Positions 1 to 4,153 of a stretch of 64,000 nucleotides of DNA are shown one piece after another. The notes beneath the pieces are model-generated. The model was not told the DNA's origin, did no database searches, and saw only the letters and a list, made by a program, of their open reading frames with translations. The stretch covers positions 11,522 to 75,521 of IMG/VR virus record IMGVR_UViG_3300050019_000176. One strand, given 5' to 3'. Position 1 is the stretch's first letter. Each line of letters begins with the position of its first letter. Made by a program: the position numbers and the translations under genes. This stretch comes from a virus.

Positions 1-38
1 TCGTAGGAGCAGCACCGTCACCAGACGATAAACCCGGC
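1..38 (-). tRNA. Partial tRNA (5' half), probable anticodon UAC (Val), truncated by window edge
   Basis: Minus strand GCCGGGT-TT-ATCGTC TGGT GACGGT-G-CTGCT CCTACGA: acceptor 5' strand, 6-bp D stem with 4-nt loop, start of anticodon arm. Confidence 0.55.
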
Positions 39-39
39 A

Positions 40-129
40 TGGTCCCCGGCCCAGGTGCCGACCCTGGATCTAGCTCCGATCTGGAGAAACGGTTATAGGC
101 CGTCTTGCGGCGCCGGCCGCCCACCGGGG
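40..129 (-). tRNA. Atypical tRNA with anticodon UAU (nominally Ile, reads AUA), long variable arm
   Basis: Acceptor CCCCGGT/GCCGGGG + ACCA; D arm GCGGC CGGC GCCGC; loop CC-TAT-AA; V arm CTCC..GGAG; T arm CCAGG GTCGGCA CCTGG. Confidence 0.75.
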
Positions 130-665
130 GAAGGTTGATCCTTCAATACAATCAAGCCATCATGGATCTCTCCGTGACAGTTAGCGCATGTGAGCACGCA
201 CTTGTCTAGTTCTTTTTTTATCCGAACCCAAGATGCCGTGACTCGGCTGATCGAAAAATCCTTTTGCGATTGGTCACTGTGGTGGAACCCTAATGAGCGC
301 AAGCACTTAGCATACCCGCAGAATTCGCACGCCCCTCCCTTGTATTCTACCGCCTTGAGCTTTAATCGCTTCCTCCACGCAGTTACCCCACGAACCGATC
401 TAGCTTTTGGATCGGAGGATTGTCTGCTCGCCACCCGCGCGTTATGGCGGCATTGATTGCTGCAATATCGGGAGCGCCTTGTAGAGGGGGAACCGCAGAC
501 TGCGCACTTCCCTTCCGGTTTCCGTTTTGGAAACTTCTTGTTATTGTACTTGGCGGCGCATGACTTATTGCAGAACTTCTTAATCCGAACATCCCGCGCA
601 GACTGCCCATCCATCGCCACAATCTTTCGTCGACATGATCGGCAGTAGTGTTGATTCGAAGCCAT
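93..665 (-). CDS. HNH endonuclease with N-terminal Zn-binding repeats
   Basis: CxxC / FCNKSC / YCSNQC motifs, then KGGACEFCG..LGFHH..ELDKCVLTCANCHGEIH; start MASNQH follows TGT-TAATAT-7nt; stop lies in the anticodon loop of the downstream tRNA. Confidence 0.88.
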   Translation of the reverse strand: MASNQHYCRSCRRKIVAMDGQSARDVRIKKFCNKSCAAKYNNKKFPKRKPEGKCAVCGSPSTRRSRYCSNQCRHNARVASRQSSDPKARSVRGVTAWRKRLKLKAVEYKGGACEFCGYAKCLRSLGFHHSDQSQKDFSISRVTASWVRIKKELDKCVLTCANCHGEIHDGLIVLKDQPSPGGRPAPQDGL

Positions 666-688
666 CAATAATATATTAACACGAAAAC

Positions 689-777
689 TGGCTGGCGGAA
701 GAGGATTCGAACCTCCATGCGGGATCACTCCACGGCAGATTAACAGTCTGCTGCCTTACCAGTTAGGCGATCCGCCA
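689..777 (-). tRNA. tRNA-Asn(GUU) with 18-nt variable arm
   Basis: Acceptor TGGCGGA/TCCGCCA, loop CT-GTT-AA, TTCGAAT T loop, CCA encoded. Confidence 0.92.
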
Positions 778-781
778 ATCT

Positions 782-857
782 TGGTGGGTCCAGCGGGGCT
801 CGAACCCGCACATCCCTGAGTAAGAATCAGGTACGCTGCCACTCGCGTCCTGGACCC
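782..857 (-). tRNA. tRNA-Lys(CUU)
   Basis: Cloverleaf, loop TT-CTT-AC, CCA. Confidence 0.9.
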
Positions 858-863
858 GAAACT

Positions 864-938
864 TGGTAGGGGTGACGCGAATTGAACACGCATCGAGAGA
901 TTGAAAGCCTCTCATCCTAACCATTAGACGACACCCCC
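864..938 (-). tRNA. tRNA-Glu(UUC)
   Basis: Loop CT-TTC-AA, CCA. Confidence 0.9.
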
Positions 939-939
939 A

Positions 940-1015
940 TGGCGTCCCCAGCCGGATTCGAACCGGCGATTTCTGGCGTGAGAAGCCAGCGTCCTTGCCG
1001 CTAGACGATGGGGAC
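940..1015 (-). tRNA. tRNA-Glu(CUC)
   Basis: Loop TT-CTC-AC, GGTTCGAATCC, CCA. Confidence 0.92.
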
Positions 1016-1020
1016 AAACT

Positions 1021-1095
1021 TGGCGCGGTGGACGGGTAACGATCCCGCTTCGTCTCCGTAGACAGCGGAGTGCATATCCTACCTGCCCCCACCGC
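1021..1095 (-). tRNA. tRNA-Asp(GUC)
   Basis: Loop CT-GTC-TA, G73, CCA. Confidence 0.88.
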
Positions 1096-1102
1096 GCAAA
1101 CT

Positions 1103-1138
1103 TGGTCGGCCCGCCGGGATTCGAACCCGGAGGGATAC
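1103..1138 (-). pseudogene. 3' half of interrupted tRNA-Arg(CCG)
   Basis: GTATCCCT-CCGGG TTCGAAT CCCGG-CGGGCCG-A-CCA; the acceptor strand pairs with the orphan 5' half at 1667-1714. Confidence 0.85.
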
Positions 1139-1139
1139 T

Positions 1140-1215
1140 TGGTGATCGTGGCTGGATTCTAACCAGCGACCTCTACCTTCGGAGGGCAGTGCTCTTTACG
1201 CTGAGCTACACGATC
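1140..1215 (-). tRNA. tRNA-Arg(CCG), intact copy inside the insertion
   Basis: Acceptor GATCGTG/CACGATC, loop CT-CCG-AA, T loop TTAGAAT, CCA. Confidence 0.88.
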
Positions 1216-1656
1216 AAGACCTAATACTGTAATCCATTTCCATCCACGCTCAAGAGCAGTCTTGATAGTGTGACACTTCGAACACCGAACATCACACTTG
1301 CTGATCTCTTCTTGCCGTCTGCGTTGACTCCACCCTTGCATATTCGAAACACTGGCGACCTTTTTCCCACGCACGTGATCGAATTGAAGAACGAGCGGGT
1401 TTGATTCACCACAATCTACACACGGGTGTTCACGAAAGAACGGCACCATTTCTGCGAAGAATGCTTCCATCCACTTGTCTCTCGAACGATCCGCCTTCAA
1501 GCGGTAGTATTCTTTGTTTCTCTGGTAATGATCCTTGTTATATGCCCTGTGGCATATTTTGCAGTCATCGGATCTTATGCCGCGGGATTTGTACTTGAAT
1601 GAAAACTCATCGACGTTCTGTTCTTTTCCGCAGCGACAACATGTTTTCTTAGTCAT
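1159..1656 (-). CDS. HNH endonuclease
   Basis: MTKKTCCRCG..DCKIC N-terminus; HPCVDCGESNPLVLQFDHVRG..EEISKCDVRCSKCH; start follows TGG-TATACT-7nt. Confidence 0.9.
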   Translation of the reverse strand: MTKKTCCRCGKEQNVDEFSFKYKSRGIRSDDCKICHRAYNKDHYQRNKEYYRLKADRSRDKWMEAFFAEMVPFFREHPCVDCGESNPLVLQFDHVRGKKVASVSNMQGWSQRRRQEEISKCDVRCSKCHTIKTALERGWKWITVLGLDRVAQRKEHCPPKVEVAG

Positions 1657-1666
1657 CCTCCGAAGT

Positions 1667-1714
1667 ATACCATCCTTCGGAGAGATGTGCCCTGTCCAGT
1701 TGAGCGACAGGCCG
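1667..1714 (-). pseudogene. 5' half of interrupted tRNA-Arg(CCG)
   Basis: CGGCCTG-TC-GCTC AACTGGACA GGGC-A-CATCT CTCCGAA GGATG-GTAT; no T arm follows. Confidence 0.85.
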
Positions 1715-1718
1715 AAAA

Positions 1719-1795
1719 TGGTACGCCCGCGAGGATTCGAACCCCGGTCTGATCGTTCGTAGCGATCTATCCTTTCCGGATTGGACGACGGGCGC
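1719..1795 (-). tRNA. tRNA-Arg(ACG)
   Basis: Loop CT-ACG-AA, CCA. Confidence 0.92.
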
Positions 1796-1803
1796 GCGAA
1801 AAA

Positions 1804-1886
1804 TGGTAAGCACCCACCCAGTGATTCCGACACTGGCTCTGTACCGACTCCCGCCGGTCGAGACTCCATGCCTCCCGTGGGTGCAT
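1804..1886 (-). ncRNA. tRNA-like RNA without a normal anticodon loop
   Basis: 8-bp acceptor-like stem GCACCCAC/GTGGGTGC, D-like arm, ACCGGC GGGA GTCGGT hairpin, 6-bp T-like arm, ends ACCA. Confidence 0.6.
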
Positions 1887-1895
1887 AAGCATAAA

Positions 1896-1971
1896 TGGCT
1901 GGCCGCCCAGGGTACGATCCTGGAACCTCTGCGTTCAGAGCGCAGCGCGCTGCCAATTGCGCCAGCGGCCA
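1896..1971 (-). tRNA. tRNA-Gln(CUG)
   Basis: Loop CT-CTG-AA, U1-A72, CCA. Confidence 0.92.
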
Positions 1972-1972
1972 A

Positions 1973-2046
1973 TGGCCGGGAGGGAGCGAATCGAACGCTC
2001 GAAGCTGGCTTCAAAGACCAGCGGCTTACCATTAACCTACCTCCCG
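1973..2046 (-). tRNA. tRNA-Gln(UUG)
   Basis: Loop CT-TTG-AA, CCA. Confidence 0.9.
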
Positions 2047-2049
2047 AAT

Positions 2050-2123
2050 TGGGGTGACCGATCGGTTCGACCCGACAACCTCCGGGGCCACAACCCGGCG
2101 CTCTACGTTTGAGCTACGGCCAC
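2050..2123 (-). tRNA. tRNA-His(GUG)
   Basis: Loop TT-GTG-GC, C73, CCA; atypical 6-nt T loop, no encoded G-1. Confidence 0.85.
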
Positions 2124-2126
2124 ACT

Positions 2127-2201
2127 TGGTGCCGGAAGCGGCGCTCGAATCCGCGTCACTGGCTTTTCAGACCAATGCTCTACCGTCTGAGCTATTCCGG
2201 C
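2127..2201 (-). tRNA. tRNA-Phe(GAA)
   Basis: Loop CT-GAA-AA, CCA. Confidence 0.9.
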
Positions 2202-2206
2202 GAAAT

Positions 2207-2286
2207 TGGTGGACCTCCAGAGAATTGAACTCTGCTGACTATCTTCCTTGCAAGGGAAGCGACCACCCCATGCAGTCTCGAGGCCC
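2207..2286 (-). tRNA. tRNA-Ala(UGC)
   Basis: Loop CT-TGC-AA, G3:U70 identity pair, 8-nt variable region, CCA. Confidence 0.92.
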
Positions 2287-2291
2287 AAAAT

Positions 2292-2364
2292 TGGTAGCGG
2301 GGGTCGGTGTTGATCCGACGCGGCTGGGTTTATGAGGCCAAGCTGTGAACCGTCTCTCCCCGCA
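2292..2364 (-). tRNA. tRNA-Met(CAU), initiator-like, weak anticodon stem
   Basis: Loop CT-CAT-AA, 1:72 mismatch (U:U), GCGGGG acceptor, CCA. Confidence 0.7.
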
Positions 2365-2372
2365 ATAAATTC

Positions 2373-2452
2373 TGGCATACAACCTCACGGCCCGGTATGC
2401 CGGCGGGTCGCGGCATGGACTGGAGTAGGGCTCACAGCGCCGCAGACGTCGA
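2373..2452 (-). ncRNA. Unassigned structured RNA within tRNA operon
   Basis: Two hairpins (GCGGCG..TGCCGC; GGCATAC..GGCC GTGA GGTT..GTATGCC) filling a tRNA-sized slot and ending in CCA. Confidence 0.4.
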
Positions 2453-2455
2453 ACT

Positions 2456-2529
2456 TGGTGCGTCCCCGAAGAGTTGAACTTCGATTGCTCCCCTATCGAG
2501 GGAGAGTCCTGCTATTGGACGAGGGGCGC
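2456..2529 (-). tRNA. tRNA-Ile(GAU)
   Basis: Loop TC-GAT-AG, CCA. Confidence 0.85.
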
Positions 2530-2530
2530 A

Positions 2531-2606
2531 TGGGGCCGGTGGCGGAACTCGAATCCGCGGATTCTTCCTTACCAAAGAAGCGGTGAACCATCCCACCTCC
2601 ACCGGC
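2531..2606 (-). tRNA. tRNA-Thr(GGU)
   Basis: Loop TT-GGT-AA, GCC acceptor start, CCA. Confidence 0.88.
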
Positions 2607-2611
2607 GAAAC

Positions 2612-2686
2612 TGGGGCCAGATCGGAGAATCGAACTCCGGTCACAGGGATACGAATCCTGCACTCTGCCGACTGAGCTAATCTGGC
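2612..2686 (-). tRNA. tRNA-Thr(CGU)
   Basis: Loop TT-CGT-AT, CCA. Confidence 0.9.
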
Positions 2687-2687
2687 A

Positions 2688-2762
2688 TGGAGCCGGGCGC
2701 CGAACTCGAAGCGGCCTCACTGACTTACAGGGCCAGCGCATCGCCATCTATGCTTGCCCGGC
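2688..2762 (-). tRNA. tRNA-Thr(UGU)
   Basis: Loop CC-TGT-AA, CCA. Confidence 0.88.
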
Positions 2763-2835
2763 TGGAGCGGATGGAGGCATCGAAGCCTCGTATCGACCTT
2801 GGCAAGGTCGCGCTCTACCATTGAGCTACACCCGC
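2763..2835 (-). tRNA. tRNA-Gly(GCC)
   Basis: Loop TT-GCC-AA, GCG start, U73, CCA. Confidence 0.92.
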
Positions 2836-2842
2836 AGAAACT

Positions 2843-2916
2843 TGGAGCGGACGGGGGTACTCGAAACCCCTTCTCTGGGTTGGAGGCCCAGGGCACACCC
2901 TATATACCACGCCCGC
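2843..2916 (-). tRNA. tRNA-Gly(UCC)
   Basis: Loop CC-TCC-AA, GCG start, U73, CCA. Confidence 0.9.
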
Positions 2917-2933
2917 CTTACTGCCTACACTCT

Positions 2934-2974
2934 GTTGTCAAAGACCCTGCCGCGCCTTCATGCCACTGCGCGGC
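2934..2974 (-). promoter_or_regulatory. boxB-like hairpin followed by boxA-like antitermination element
   Basis: GCCGCGC..GCGCGGC hairpin then GGTCTTTGACAAC, resembling rrn boxA (GCTCTTTAACAA). Confidence 0.65.
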
Positions 2975-2979
2975 GAACT

Positions 2980-3056
2980 TGGTCGGGGCGGCAAGATTCG
3001 AACTTGCGACCTTCTGGTCCCAGGCCAGACGGGTTAAACCACTTCCCTACGCCCCG
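2980..3056 (-). tRNA. tRNA-Pro(UGG)
   Basis: CGGGGCG acceptor, loop CC-TGG-GA, CCA; first gene of operon A. Confidence 0.92.
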
Positions 3057-3062
3057 AAAATC

Positions 3063-3091
3063 AAAAAGGCCCGAATCTTTCGATCCGAGCC
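3063..3091 (-). terminator. Intrinsic terminator (attenuator) between leader A and tRNA operon A
   Basis: GGCTCGGATC GAAA GATTCGGGCC followed by TTTTTGATTTT. Confidence 0.85.
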
Positions 3092-3120
3092 CACTGGAAA
3101 ACCGGAAATCCCAAGTGGGC

Positions 3121-3213
3121 TTACGGAGCATCGCGGGCGACTGGATTCATCGCCGGTGCGATGGGTTCCGTCCCCTGCTGCTTCCTTGTGCCGAAATGGA
3201 ATATGTATCTCAT
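3121..3213 (-). CDS. Leader peptide A, 30 aa: MRYIFHFGTRKQQGTEPIAPAMNPVARDAP
   Basis: ATG 10 nt downstream of TATACT; stop overlaps the antiterminator 5' strand; not reported as a separate ORF in the track. Confidence 0.75.
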   Translation of the reverse strand: MRYIFHFGTRKQQGTEPIAPAMNPVARDAP

Positions 3214-3250
3214 GTACGATTTCAGTATATCACGGTTTCGCCGAATGCAA
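3214..3250 (-). promoter_or_regulatory. sigma70-type promoter of tRNA operon A
   Basis: TTGCAT-15nt-TATACT with extended TG; TATACTGAAATCGTA is identical to the operon B promoter. Confidence 0.8.
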
Positions 3251-3258
3251 GCACTTTT

Positions 3259-3343
3259 TGGCGGAAGATGGCCGAATCGAACGACTCCGCTTGCGCGGAC
3301 CCCGGAATTCGAACCCGGTTGCCCACCATGGGCGGCATCTTCC
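3259..3343 (-). tRNA. tRNA-Ser(CGA), 8/4 fold
   Basis: GGAAGATG/CATCTTCC 8-bp acceptor, 4-bp T stem, long V arm, loop TT-CGA-AT. Confidence 0.88.
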
Positions 3344-3347
3344 GAAC

Positions 3348-3432
3348 TGGCGGAGAGCACCAGAGTCGAACTGGCACCCTTTCGGGGCTCCGGTTTTCCA
3401 GGCCGGCCGGGATCCACATCCCCGTACTCTCC
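3348..3432 (-). tRNA. tRNA-Ser(GGA), 8/4 fold
   Basis: GGAGAGTA/TGCTCTCC, T stem CCAG/CTGG, long V arm, loop CT-GGA-AA. Confidence 0.88.
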
Positions 3433-3439
3433 AAACTTA

Positions 3440-3524
3440 TGGCCGCGGGCGAAGGAATCGAACCCTCATCCCGAAGGAGCGCCAGTACTCAAGACTGGTG
3501 GCGGACCATCCGCCCGCGCCCGCG
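3440..3524 (-). tRNA. tRNA-Ser(UGA), 8/4 fold
   Basis: CGCGGGCG/CGCCCGCG, T stem AGGG/CCTT, long V arm, loop CT-TGA-GT, G73. Confidence 0.82.
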
Positions 3525-3525
3525 G

Positions 3526-3599
3526 TGGAATGGGGATCGGGAATCGAACCCGACATAACAGCTTTGCAGGCTGCCCTCTAGCCGATTGAGTTTCCCCAC
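3526..3599 (-). tRNA. tRNA-Cys(GCA)
   Basis: Loop CT-GCA-AA, U73, CCA. Confidence 0.9.
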
Positions 3600-3600
3600 G

Positions 3601-3671
3601 CACCCCAGCGACGATTCGAACGCCGAAAATCCGCTTTGGAGACGGACCACCTCACCATCGGTAACCGGGGC
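3601..3671 (-). tRNA. tRNA-Trp(CCA), no encoded CCA end
   Basis: Loop CT-CCA-AA, G73, abuts tRNA-Cys. Confidence 0.85.
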
Positions 3672-3676
3672 AAACT

Positions 3677-3760
3677 TGGTAGGCTCGGTGGGATTCGAAC
3701 CCACAGGGGAAAACGCTCTTGAGGCGTTTGGTTGTGCCAATTCACCTTATCCACGAGCCT
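3677..3760 (-). tRNA. tRNA-Leu(CAA), short variable region, enlarged D loop
   Basis: Loop CT-CAA-GA, A73, CCA. Confidence 0.85.
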
Positions 3761-3766
3761 AAAACT

Positions 3767-3843
3767 TGGTGCGCCGCCCGAGATTCGAACTCGGAAAAGT
3801 CAGGGCCTAAACCTGATGGATTTGCCAATTTTCCTAGCGGCGC
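3767..3843 (-). tRNA. tRNA-Leu(UAG), short variable region
   Basis: Loop TT-TAG-GC, A73, CCA. Confidence 0.88.
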
Positions 3844-3849
3844 ATAACT

Positions 3850-3937
3850 TGGTGAGTGCGGATGGATTTGAACCACCGTGGCCCCGAAGGACAGAAGGGT
3901 TACAGCCTTCCCGTTTCAGCCGCTCACGCACGCACTC
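3850..3937 (-). tRNA. tRNA-Tyr(GUA)
   Basis: Loop CT-GTA-AC, long V arm, CCA. Confidence 0.92.
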
Positions 3938-3938
3938 A

Positions 3939-3950
3939 TTGTCAAAGATC
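3939..3950 (-). promoter_or_regulatory. boxA-like element
   Basis: GATCTTTGACAA directly after the first tRNA of operon B. Confidence 0.65.
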
Positions 3951-3952
3951 TT

Positions 3953-4041
3953 TGGCGGAGAGCCGGCGACTCGAACGCCGGAGTCCCGAAGGAAGCACGC
4001 GTTTAGCAGACGCGCCGGACGGCCCACTGTCCATGCTCTCC
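3953..4041 (-). tRNA. tRNA-Ser(GCU)
   Basis: GGAGAGC acceptor, loop CT-GCT-AA, long V arm, CCA; first gene of operon B. Confidence 0.92.
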
Positions 4042-4054
4042 GAAACCTGGGCTC

Positions 4055-4153
4055 CTATAAACTCGACAGGGATGATAGGTGCCCGGACGGACACCACAAA
4101 TACTCGGCGGAGCGCCGATAGGAAAGAAATCCGCGATTGGAATTCTTGTGCAT
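4055..4153 (-). CDS. Leader peptide B, 32 aa: MHKNSNRGFLSYRRSAEYLWCPSGHLSSLSSL
   Basis: ATG 9 nt downstream of TATACT and overlapping the upstream stop (TAATG); TAG 13 nt before tRNA-Ser. Confidence 0.75.
   Translation of the reverse strand: MHKNSNRGFLSYRRSAEYLWCPSGHLSSLSSL

Noticed and set aside
1103-1138. att site (duplicated tRNA 3' end from integration)
   Set aside because: It does not duplicate the neighbouring tRNA 3' end; it pairs with the orphan 5' half at 1667-1714, and no integrase is visible.
2373-2452. HDV-like theta ribozyme after a tRNA
   Set aside because: I could not build the nested double pseudoknot by eye, so it is kept only as an unassigned RNA.
3061-3213. T-box riboswitch upstream of operon A
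   Set aside because: No T-box UGGNACC bulge or Stem I motifs; an ORF-linked attenuator explains the structure better.
3440-3843. Suppressor or selenocysteine tRNAs and stop-codon recoding
   Set aside because: Anticodons UGA and UAG read Ser UCA and Leu CUA. No CUA, UUA or UCA anticodon was found, and genes are full-length in code 11.
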